Source of the DNA: an uncultured delta proteobacterium
Lineage (GTDB): Bacteria > Myxococcota_A > Polyangia > Fen-1088
NCBI GenBank assembly: GCA_963755125.1
Contig: CAVWIP010000005.1
Location: 1 to 64,000 of the forward strand
Direction: 5' to 3'
Length of the DNA stretch: 64,000 nucleotides
The notes below the pieces were generated by a model that saw nothing but the letters and a program-made list of their open reading frames with translations, was not told the origin of the DNA and ran no database searches. The translations under genes and the position numbers were made by a program. Shown one piece after another: positions 1 to 8,049 of this stretch. The stretch's first letter is position 1, and each line of letters opens with the position of its first letter.

Positions 1-1
1 T

Positions 2-3000
2 TTTCTGCTGCTTGGTTTCATTACGATTGCTCAGCGCCTTTTCGCCGCCCGAGAGAAGCTCGATGTTCTGCAGAACCTTCTTGCCCGGCGGGTTGGCGAC
101 GATCTCCACCCCGGTCTCGAGCAGGTCGTTCTCGTCGGTGAGAGCCAGGGCGGCGCGCCCGCCGCAGAACAGATGCGGGAACACTTCTTGGAACTTGGCG
201 TTCACAGCATCGAAAACTTCGCGGAACCGCTTGCGCGAAGCGCGGTTGATCTTCTCGATGGCCGATTCCAGCCGCGCGATGGCGGATTCCAGATCTGCCT
301 TCTGGCTGCTGAGGAAGTCGTAGCGTTTCTGCAACTCCTCCGATTCTTCGATCGCCATCAAGTTGACCTCACCCATCCGATCGAGCAATCCGCGCAACTC
401 CTTGAGGCGGCTGTCTTCCTTCTCGCCGGCCAGCGGCCGTAGATGGAAGTCGGTCAGGATATCGGCCAGCCGCAGTACGTCCGGGTGGCGTTCCCTGACT
501 TGCTCTTCCAGCGAGCTGAGCAGCAACGCGACCTTCTGGCAGCGCAGGTCGAGAGCCGACAGTTCTTCGGCCAATCTGGTGACCCGCGTGCGGGTTTCCC
601 GTAGGTCGGCCTCTCGGCGCGCCAAGATGCCGCTGCGTTCTTCCACCGCGCACTGGCGCTCGCCATGAACGCGGGCTCGTTCGCTCGCTTCAGCCTTCAG
701 CAAGGCGGCTTCCCCTCGCAGCTGCTCCGCCTCGGCGCGAAGAGTCTGGGTTCGCAGCAGGTCGGAGGATACTTCGGCTTCGAGCTGCGTGCGGCGACGC
801 TGATGATCCGCCGTGTCTCGCTCCAGGCGGTCGTGATTCTCGCGGGCCGTCTTGCGGCGGTCGTTGGCCTGGGCCGCGGCCACCCGGTGCGACGACAACT
901 CAACGGCCAGCACATCGGTTCTGGCCTGCAGAGCCTCGGCTTCTGCCCGCAGAGTCGCAACACTGTTTTCGTGAGCGAGCGAGGCTTCGCGCAACTCGGC
1001 CAGCGCGGCAGCAGACTCGGAAAGATGCTTCTCGTTCTGTGCCAGGGCGACGCGCAACTCATCCGCAGTCGACCGCAACTGCTCAAGACGGGCTTCCAGT
1101 TGCCGCCTCTCGCGTAGCGCCTGACCGCCGTCTTTCCGCTGTTCCAGCAACTCCATGTCGTTGTGGCTGGCCGCAGTGATCAGCTCTGCAAGGGTCTTGT
1201 TGACCTCGGCCAGAGATTGCTTGTGGCCAACGTGGCGGTCGAGCGCAGCTTGATAGTCCGTCTCCAGGCGCGCCACCACCTCTTCCAGTTCGCGCATCTC
1301 CCGCTTCTGGGACAGCACGCCGACCAGGGCCGATTCACGCGATCCCCCGGTGACCACGCCGTGCGGATCAATCACTTCTCCGTCGAGCGTGACCAACGTC
1401 TTGTCGGTGTGGGTTCTGCGCCACAACTCCAAGGCCGAGCGCAAATCCTCAACCACCACCACATCACCGAGGAGGTAGGCCGCCACGCGGTCGTAGCGAC
1501 GGTCGTAGCCAATAAGCTCCAGCATGGGGCCGCGCACACCCTCACCTGACGGCAATGCCACCGGCATGGCCACGGGAGCCTCCTGCTCGACGGCCAGACC
1601 GCCCCCCGTGTCAAAGACCACCGTGCCAGCGGGAGCGGCCGCCAGCGCCGCGGGCGAACGCAACTCCACAGGAATGAAACTGGAACGGCCCTCGCTCTTG
1701 GACTTCAGGTACTCGATGGCCTCAACGCCCACGTCATGCGACTCGACGATGATGTTGCCCAGTCTCTCACCCAGCACGGCCTCCAGAGCTGTTTCCAACT
1801 CGGGCGGCGGCTGCACGATATCGGCCACCACGCCCCGCACACCGCCCATGCTCCAGGCCCGATGGCTAGCCACAGTGTCTTGACCAGGCGTGGGCGCCTG
1901 CCCGTCGTCGCGAACTCGCTGCATGATCGCACGCACGCCGCGCTGAAAACTCTCATAGCGCGCCTGGATCTCGGCCAACGACTGAAGCCGCGAGCGCCGA
2001 CGATGAGCCTCCTCGCGCAATGTCTCCAGCTCCAGTTCGCCACGGGCAACCTCCTCGCGCAGGCTGGTCGCCCGGGTTTCGGCAGCGGCGCGTTCCGCAA
2101 GAAGCTCTCCGGCACGGGTCTGCAGCTGAGCAAGCCGCTCGTCCACAGCCGCACCCTCGGTCATCAGACGTTCCACCTGTTCGACGGCGACACCATCGTC
2201 GGCCACCGCCGTCTGCAGGCGCTCAGCGAGTTCCTGAGCGCGTCCATGAGACGATTCTATGTCCGCTTCCAGACGGGCAATCCGCGTGGCGGCAGAGGTT
2301 GCCGCCGCCATCGCCTGATCCACCCCATGACGCGACGCGATCAGGGCGGAACGGGCCTCGGCGTAGGCCCGCTCGGTCGCGTCCAGTTCTCGGTTGCGTG
2401 CCTCGGCTTCTTCGTCGAAGCGGCCCACCTCGCCCTGCAACTCGGCCAAGGTCCGCAGGTCGTCTGCTTCCTTCTCGACAAGCCCCTCGATCTCGCGCCG
2501 TGATCGCTCTGCCCTTTGCCCCAGGCTGGCAGCCTCGTTCGCGTAGGATTCGGACCTCTGGGCCGACAGCCCTGCCTTGTTCTCGATCGCGAAAAGCTCC
2601 TCCTTGGCGGCAGCCAATTCGGCCATCTCCTCGCTCAGCGCCAGGCGTTCGGCCTCGATCGCGGTGTCCTCGACACACAGGTCGGTTGTCTGCTGGGCAT
2701 GGCACTCCGCCTTCCGGGCGCGATCGCCTAGCAGAACTTTCTGTTCAGCGACGAGACCAAGGTGCTTCTGCGTGGCAGTGCACAGCTCGAGATCCTTCAA
2801 TTCCGCCCTGTAGCGCTTGTAGCGCTCGGCCTTTTGCGCCTGCAAGCGCAGGGAGCGCAGACGTGTCTCGATCTCGACGATGATGTCCGAGACGCGCAAC
2901 AAATGCTGGCGCGAGGCCTCAATGCGCCGCTCGGCCACTTTCTTCTTTGCCTTGTACTTCGTGATGCCCGCAGCCTCGTCGATCAGGCCGCGACGTTCCT

Positions 3001-3493
3001 CTGGCCGTGACGAGACGATGAAGCCGATGCGTCCCTGCTCGATGATGGCGTAAGCTTTGGAGCCTACGCCGGTGCCGAGAAAGAACTCCACGATGTCACG
3101 CAGACGGCAAGGCACACCGCTCAGCAGGTACTCGCTTTCGCCGCCTCGGTAGAGGCGCCTGGTCACCACGACTTCTGCTGGGCCAGCCGCGCCCCAGGGC
3201 ACACCTCCGGCAGTCGTATCCCCGGGCAAGCCGGCGGTATCGAAGGTCAGCGAGACTTCCGCCATGCCAGCCGGCCCGCGGCTCTCAGAGCCGGCAAAGA
3301 TCACATCGTCCATGGCGCGGCCGCGGAGGTGCTTGGCAGACTGCTCGCCCATGACCCACCGGATCGCGTCTACAATGTTCGACTTGCCGCACCCATTCGG
3401 ACCAACAACCCCCGTAATGGGATCCTCGAAGGTCAAGATGGTTCGGTCAACGAATGATTTGAAGCCGCAAATCTCGAGACGTCTTATCCTCAT
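2..3493 (-). CDS. smc: Chromosome segregation protein SMC (3' end runs off the window or is interrupted)
   Basis: Not in the ORF track because there is no stop in the window. Manual translation from ATG 3493 gives MRIRRLEICGFKSFVDRT..GPNGCGKSNIVDAIRWVMGEQSAKHLRG (Walker A), coiled coils and hinge, then PPGKK..LLSGGEKAL near position 35. Confidence 0.95.
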   Translation of the reverse strand, partial: MRIRRLEICGFKSFVDRTILTFEDPITGVVGPNGCGKSNIVDAIRWVMGEQSAKHLRGRAMDDVIFAGSESRGPAGMAEVSLTFDTAGLPGDTTAGGVPWGAAGPAEVVVTRRLYRGGESEYLLSGVPCRLRDIVEFFLGTGVGSKAYAIIEQGRIGFIVSSRPEERRGLIDEAAGITKYKAKKKVAERRIEASRQHLLRVSDIIVEIETRLRSLRLQAQKAERYKRYRAELKDLELCTATQKHLGLVAEQKVLLGDRARKAECHAQQTTDLCVEDTAIEAERLALSEEMAELAAAKEELFAIENKAGLSAQRSESYANEAASLGQRAERSRREIEGLVEKEADDLRTLAELQGEVGRFDEEAEARNRELDATERAYAEARSALIASRHGVDQAMAAATSAATRIARLEADIESSHGRAQELAERLQTAVADDGVAVEQVERLMTEGAAVDERLAQLQTRAGELLAERAAAETRATSLREEVARGELELETLREEAHRRRSRLQSLAEIQARYESFQRGVRAIMQRVRDDGQAPTPGQDTVASHRAWSMGGVRGVVADIVQPPPELETALEAVLGERLGNIIVESHDVGVEAIEYLKSKSEGRSSFIPVELRSPAALAAAPAGTVVFDTGGGLAVEQEAPVAMPVALPSGEGVRGPMLELIGYDRRYDRVAAYLLGDVVVVEDLRSALELWRRTHTDKTLVTLDGEVIDPHGVVTGGSRESALVGVLSQKREMRELEEVVARLETDYQAALDRHVGHKQSLAEVNKTLAELITAASHNDMELLEQRKDGGQALRERRQLEARLEQLRSTADELRVALAQNEKHLSESAAALAELREASLAHENSVATLRAEAEALQARTDVLAVELSSHRVAAAQANDRRKTARENHDRLERDTADHQRRRTQLEAEVSSDLLRTQTLRAEAEQLRGEAALLKAEASERARVHGERQCAVEERSGILARREADLRETRTRVTRLAEELSALDLRCQKVALLLSSLEEQVRERHPDVLRLADILTDFHLRPLAGEKEDSRLKELRGLLDRMGEVNLMAIEESEELQKRYDFLSSQKADLESAIARLESAIEKINRASRKRFREVFDAVNAKFQEVFPHLFCGGRAALALTDENDLLETGVEIVANPPGKKVLQNIELLSGGEKALSNRNETKQQK

Positions 3494-3522
3494 CCTGGCA
3501 CCACCAGATGACGTGACAATAT

Positions 3523-3553
3523 GTGACCATAGAGGTCACTTCATGACTGTCAT
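3523..3553. promoter_or_regulatory. Candidate operator palindromes in the divergent smc/ftsY intergenic region
   Basis: GTGACC-ATAGA-GGTCAC (3523-3539) and ATGAC-T-GTCAT (3543-3553), with further TGAC words just upstream. Confidence 0.3.
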
Positions 3554-3679
3554 TAGGTACCACCCGTTGCCTATCATGTAAAGGGCTTCGAGCCCCACGT
3601 TCCACTTTTCCCACCAGATCCGAGAAACTCCAAAAAACTTACCACGTTGCAGTCGGTTGTTTGTTAAGTTTCGCGCCCA

Positions 3680-5107
3680 ATGGAGGGAGGGTTCCACACC
3701 GATCTGATCGCAGCCCTAGTCGCCATCGGCGGCCTGGTGGCCCTTTCTGGCCTAGCCATCTACGCCATTCGGCGAGCCAAGTCGGCCCGGCGCCGACAAA
3801 TAGAGGAAGCGGAAAGCGGCGTGCCAGGGCTGCGGCCAAAGCGCCCGGCCCTGAAACCCGAAGATGTCGAGGGGAGCGCGGCCGATGCGGAACTGCCTGC
3901 GTCAAAATGGCCCGTGGCGACTGGCCAGTCCCTTGAGTCGACTCCGGCCGATCGAGATTCCCCAGCCTCTGGTTCGCGTGCCGCAGTCCTTGAACCGCTC
4001 GCACCCGCGGTACTCAAACCAGGGCACTTCGACGCGGCTTTGCGAAAGTCTTCGGCCGAACCCGCGCCCGAGCCAGTCACTCCATCAGCGCCAGCCGCCA
4101 GCAAGATGCAGCCCGCTCCTGTGGTGGAAAAGCCACGCGGACCTGAGCGTCCGTTGCCCGCGAAAAAGCGGAATGTCGCCGCCCTCGCGCCCGGACTGGA
4201 ACCGACTCGCTCAAGTTGGGTCAAGCGTCTCGGACAGGTCTTCGCCGGCAAGAAAGAACTGGATCCCGCGCTGATCGAGGAGATCGAGAGGATCTTGCTG
4301 ACTGCCGACATTGGCGTGCGTACCAGTCAGAAACTGCTGGGCGAGATTCGCGAATCGTTGGACAAGAGGGCGATGAAGGAGCCCAGCGCGGTTTGGGGCT
4401 ACCTTCGTCGCCGGAGCGTGGAGATCCTGACCATGGGTGCTCCGGCGGTCGACTTCGCCGCCGCCCGCCCCTTCGTCCTCCTTATCATAGGTGTCAACGG
4501 GAGCGGAAAGACGACGACGATTGGAAAGCTCGCCTCCAAGCTGCGGTCCCAGGGCAAGACGGTCTTGCTGGCGGCTGGTGACACCTTTCGCGCCGCAGCC
4601 ACCGAACAACTCGAGGTCTGGGGCGCAAAAGTTGGGGCACCTGTCGTGCGCGGGAAAGAGGGTGGAGACCCTTCGTCGGTAGTTTTCGATGGAGTCAAGC
4701 GAGCACGCTCGGAGGACGTCGACGTGGTCATCGCGGACACGGCTGGCCGCCTGCACACAAAGAAGAATCTGATGGAGGAGTTGCAGAAGGTGCGCCGGGT
4801 GGCTGGGAAGGCCCTGGAAGGCGCTCCCCACGAAACCTGGCTGGTCATCGACGCTACCAGCGGCCAGAACGCCATCGCCCAGGCTCAAGAATTCACCAAG
4901 GATATGTCCGTCACTGGGATCGTGCTCACCAAGCTGGATGGTACCGCCAAGGGCGGGGTGATCTTGGGGATCGCCGATCAACTCCGTATTCCGGTCCGCT
5001 ACATCGGCGTGGGCGAGCGGGTCGATGACCTCCGCGAGTTTGAGGCCGATGACTTCGTGGATGCCCTTTTCGGTGAGGCTCCAGGTGGCACGGAGGATGT
5101 GCAGTAG
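3680..5107 (+). CDS. ftsY: Signal recognition particle receptor FtsY with N-terminal TM anchor and Pro/Ala-rich linker
   Basis: [29 protein letters not shown] and [10 protein letters not shown] motifs. Confidence 0.97.
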   Translation: MEGGFHTDLIAALVAIGGLVALSGLAIYAIRRAKSARRRQIEEAESGVPGLRPKRPALKPEDVEGSAADAELPASKWPVATGQSLESTPADRDSPASGSRAAVLEPLAPAVLKPGHFDAALRKSSAEPAPEPVTPSAPAASKMQPAPVVEKPRGPERPLPAKKRNVAALAPGLEPTRSSWVKRLGQVFAGKKELDPALIEEIERILLTADIGVRTSQKLLGEIRESLDKRAMKEPSAVWGYLRRRSVEILTMGAPAVDFAAARPFVLLIIGVNGSGKTTTIGKLASKLRSQGKTVLLAAGDTFRAAATEQLEVWGAKVGAPVVRGKEGGDPSSVVFDGVKRARSEDVDVVIADTAGRLHTKKNLMEELQKVRRVAGKALEGAPHETWLVIDATSGQNAIAQAQEFTKDMSVTGIVLTKLDGTAKGGVILGIADQLRIPVRYIGVGERVDDLREFEADDFVDALFGEAPGGTEDVQ

Positions 5108-5265
5108 GGCCGCATCGGCGGATTGTCGAAACAATACCTAATTTTAGTTGATCTGAAGATTTTGCATGTGTTACATTGCCCGCACCTCGCCCTTCATAGC
5201 CAAGCCTTTGAAATCAAAGCGATTTTTGACATGGGGTGAACGGCGGGCCCCAAGCAAGGAACCGC

Positions 5266-6195
5266 ATGAAACGTCTTGCGTTCGGCCTCTTTCTAGTTCT
5301 TGCAAACCCAGGGATCGTGGCAGCAGCAGAGGCACCTGCGGCTGGCGCGGGTGAAACCGCGGACGAGAAAGCCCCCGAGGCGGAAACTCCCGCACCCGAA
5401 GCGTCGGAGGTCAAGAAGGATGAACTTCCTGACCTGTCCGATGAGGTGAAGGAGGCGACCTCCGAGAAAGAGGAGGCTACCGCTGCCGCCACAGCGGCGC
5501 GCCGATCGTGGGAGGACATCGTGGTGGTTCCACGAAAAGCATTCCTGAAGGGGGGACGCTTCGAGTTGGCGCCGTTCTCGGCGATCTCGATCAACGACGC
5601 CATGATTCGCCATTACGCCTTCGGCGGCGACCTCACCTACTATCTTACTGACGTCTTCTCGGTAGGAGCGGAGGGACAGTACTTCATCAAGGAACGCTCA
5701 GAACGCGAGTCACTGGTCGGTTATCAGTTCAATCGTGTGACCACGCTGAACCGGTTCAAGTACTCGACCTCCCTGGTCTTCGGCTACGTACCGGGCTACG
5801 GAAAATTCGGCCTATTCAACAAGTATATCGTTCACTGGGATGTGACGGTGAATGCAGGCATCGGACTCATCTGGACAGAGATCATTCCGGTCATTCCCGA
5901 TAATGCGGCTTGGGGCAATCTGGACATCTGCCCTCATTTCGCAATCTCCACCCGGATGTTCGTGACGGACTGGTTCGCACTTAGCATCGGACTACGCGAC
6001 TATATTTTCCTCGACAAGTTTGAACCGTTGAACCGCGCCAGCTTGGTTCCAACCCAAGCAGAGATCAATGCCAAGACGCCGGAGGTGCAGATCGCTAAGG
6101 AACACGCCACCTCCTCGCTTACACAAAACGTCATGGTGTTCGGGTCGATTGGGTTCTTCCTGCCGCCCTCCTTCCAGTACAAGACGCCCCGCTAG
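5266..6195 (+). CDS. Outer-membrane beta-barrel protein, myxobacterial type (TIGR04565-like, GltA/GltB-like)
   Basis: Signal peptide, acidic N-terminal linker, VVPRKAFLKGGRFELAPF..INDA, YGKF motif, aromatic beta strands ending GFFLP. Start taken at ATG 5266 after AAGGA. Confidence 0.75.
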   Translation: MKRLAFGLFLVLANPGIVAAAEAPAAGAGETADEKAPEAETPAPEASEVKKDELPDLSDEVKEATSEKEEATAAATAARRSWEDIVVVPRKAFLKGGRFELAPFSAISINDAMIRHYAFGGDLTYYLTDVFSVGAEGQYFIKERSERESLVGYQFNRVTTLNRFKYSTSLVFGYVPGYGKFGLFNKYIVHWDVTVNAGIGLIWTEIIPVIPDNAAWGNLDICPHFAISTRMFVTDWFALSIGLRDYIFLDKFEPLNRASLVPTQAEINAKTPEVQIAKEHATSSLTQNVMVFGSIGFFLPPSFQYKTPR

Positions 6196-6207
6196 CGAGA
6201 CGATGCC

Positions 6208-7134
6208 ATGACGAAGAAAGCGCATACCATGAAGAGAGGAATCGCGTTGCTCGTCGGATGTCTCGTCGGCATCCCTGCTGTCACGCAGGCCGCACAGGAG
6301 CGCAAGAGTCCGCTGGCTGATGCGCCCGCGATCCGCAAGCGCTTCGAGCTGCGCGACAAGCGCTTCGAACTGGGCGTCGGTGTGACTTCTACCATTGGGC
6401 AGGACTTCTACAACGCCTTGATGCTCAACGTTCGGGCTGGCTTCCATTTCACTGACTGGCTCGGCGTCAGCGTCTCGGCCGGGGTTCTCAACATGACCCC
6501 GAACTGGCGGAGCTCATTCAACGACCAGTTGAACTCCGCGCTCGCAGGCTCCTGTCGGGTTCCCGGCGCCCCCACCAGTCCCGGATCCGCGTGCGACGGT
6601 CAGAACGGCAGACCTTCGGTCGCATCCGACAAGACGCCCACGCCAGCCAATGCCGCGGCAGCCGAGAATCGCATCGGACAGGTCATTCTTCCCCAGATCG
6701 ATATCGTGCCGTTCACCGGCAAGTTTTCGCTTTTTAGCAAGCTGTTCATGAACTATGACGTCTACGTTTCGGGCGGGCCTGGCTTCGTGAACCTTGTCAA
6801 GAAGGGGACGGTCGACAACACTTACTGCGACACCCCGCAGGACCCCAATAACCCGAATAGCCCGCCGACCTGCCGGCATGACTACGCAAGTCCCTACACC
6901 GGGATGAAGCTGGCGGGAAACGTGGGATTCGGGATGCATGCCTTTGCCAATAACTATTTCGCCATCAACGTCGAGGTGCACAACCTCATTTTCAAGAACA
7001 ACGCCGCGGGCCGCAATGTTGTCTCCACTCCTGATCAGCCTGTGACCAATGCGGACCTGCAGTGGACGTACAACTGGATGGCGGGGTTGAACTTCATGTT
7101 CTTCCTTCCTGCCCACGTCAAGGTCAGTCACTAG
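6208..7134 (+). CDS. Second outer-membrane beta-barrel protein, myxobacterial type
   Basis: Signal peptide, ELRDKRFELGV, PFTGKFSLF, C-terminal FMFFLP and two Cys pairs in loops. Paralogous to the upstream gene. Start may be ATG 6229. Confidence 0.7.
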   Translation: MTKKAHTMKRGIALLVGCLVGIPAVTQAAQERKSPLADAPAIRKRFELRDKRFELGVGVTSTIGQDFYNALMLNVRAGFHFTDWLGVSVSAGVLNMTPNWRSSFNDQLNSALAGSCRVPGAPTSPGSACDGQNGRPSVASDKTPTPANAAAAENRIGQVILPQIDIVPFTGKFSLFSKLFMNYDVYVSGGPGFVNLVKKGTVDNTYCDTPQDPNNPNSPPTCRHDYASPYTGMKLAGNVGFGMHAFANNYFAINVEVHNLIFKNNAAGRNVVSTPDQPVTNADLQWTYNWMAGLNFMFFLPAHVKVSH

Positions 7135-7166
7135 CGTTTCCGGGATTGACGGGTTAGGAGGCTGTT

Positions 7167-7424
7167 GTGTCGCAGAAGAGGAAGGTGACGCTCTACTTCA
7201 ATGCCGCGATGCTGGCGGAGACACAGAAAGAGGCCCTCCGGCAGGATCGGTCAATCTCCTGGATTATTCAGGCATCATGGCGGATTGCCCGGGACGTGGT
7301 GAAGCAGATGCCGTCCGCTGTGCTTCCCTCCCCGCATGCCGAGGCTGGCACTCATCCGGTGCAAACCGGCATTTCCGGCCAGTCCTCCTCTGGGCGTGCC
7401 GTGGCCGCCCGTACCCAGGCCTAG
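7167..7424 (+). CDS. CdbA/CdbB-like (TIGR04563) ribbon-helix-helix DNA and c-di-GMP binding protein
   Basis: KRKVTLYF..ML.E.QKEALRQDRSISWIIQASWRIAR resembles M. xanthus CdbA (KRKQSLYF..RQDRSLSWVVQQAWKIAR, recalled). AGGAGG lies before the GTG start. Confidence 0.85.
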   Translation: MSQKRKVTLYFNAAMLAETQKEALRQDRSISWIIQASWRIARDVVKQMPSAVLPSPHAEAGTHPVQTGISGQSSSGRAVAARTQA

Positions 7425-7522
7425 TGAGAATTCGCAGTCGGTCGAGCGGTTGAGAGGAAGAGGAGACAGATCCGACGACCCTGCGGAGCAGATGCTCTTA
7501 CTGTCGGTCCCGGCCCCGCAAC

Positions 7523-7939
7523 CTACTGGCAGGGTGTGTCGGCTAGACCCACACGCAGCGGCCAGCATATGGTGTCATTGTCCGAGACTCCGAAGCCAAA
7601 CAGGATCCGGTCGCCTTCTTGGCCCTCTATTCGCGTCGAGTAGGAGCCATCCTGAGCTGTCAGTACGCTCGCACCGGTCCCCATGTCGAGGTTCCTGAGA
7701 TACACCCAGATATCACTCAGGTCTGAACTGGGCGGGCTGGTTACAGCCCAGTAGGTGTGCGTGACGCCAGCGCTGTCGATCTCCGAGGCCGGCGCGCCGA
7801 ACGTCGGAGGAGGAATGGGAACGTATGAGTATGGACCAACCGGAGGTGAGGTGCAGGCGGTGCCTGCGGTCAGCAGGAGTGAGAACACCAGGGCCGCTAT
7901 CAAGCGCAAAAGAGATCTGCTGCAGAGCAAGTTTCTCAT
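7523..7939 (-). CDS. Hypothetical small lipoprotein (beta-rich, possibly Ig-like)
   Basis: MRNLL..LIAALVFSLLLTAGTAC lipobox-like signal, then a beta-rich region with the DGSYSTRIEGQEGD motif. Confidence 0.65.
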   Translation of the reverse strand: MRNLLCSRSLLRLIAALVFSLLLTAGTACTSPPVGPYSYVPIPPPTFGAPASEIDSAGVTHTYWAVTSPPSSDLSDIWVYLRNLDMGTGASVLTAQDGSYSTRIEGQEGDRILFGFGVSDNDTICWPLRVGLADTPCQ

Positions 7940-7956
7940 GTCTGGATCCCATGGCA

Positions 7957-7973
7957 TGCAGGCGACGCGCCAA
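7957..7973 (-). promoter_or_regulatory. Candidate sigma54 -24/-12 promoter
   Basis: Minus strand TTGGCGCGTCGCCTGCA has GG-N10-GC spacing, close to the TGGCACG-N4-TTGCA consensus. It sits just upstream of the lipoprotein gene and downstream of a sigma54 activator gene. Confidence 0.5.
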
Positions 7974-8049
7974 CCCCTTTCTCACCGGATCTTGCCATAT
8001 TTCCTCCGGGTTGTGCCAACTGTCGTGTCATGCGATGGCAACTGAGTTG

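Noticed and set aside
1..31. Intein or group II intron at the SMC break
   Set aside because: SNRNETKQQK does not resemble an intein block A and there is no GTGCG intron start. The stretch is too short to classify further.
12..3581. Many plus-strand ORFs over the smc region
   Set aside because: Antisense or off-frame shadows of smc, typical of high-GC DNA, with no recognisable motifs.
8002..8019. TTGGCAC on the minus strand as a sigma54 -24 element
   Set aside because: No GC at the -12 position (GG-N10 is followed by AG); treated instead as one of the direct repeats.
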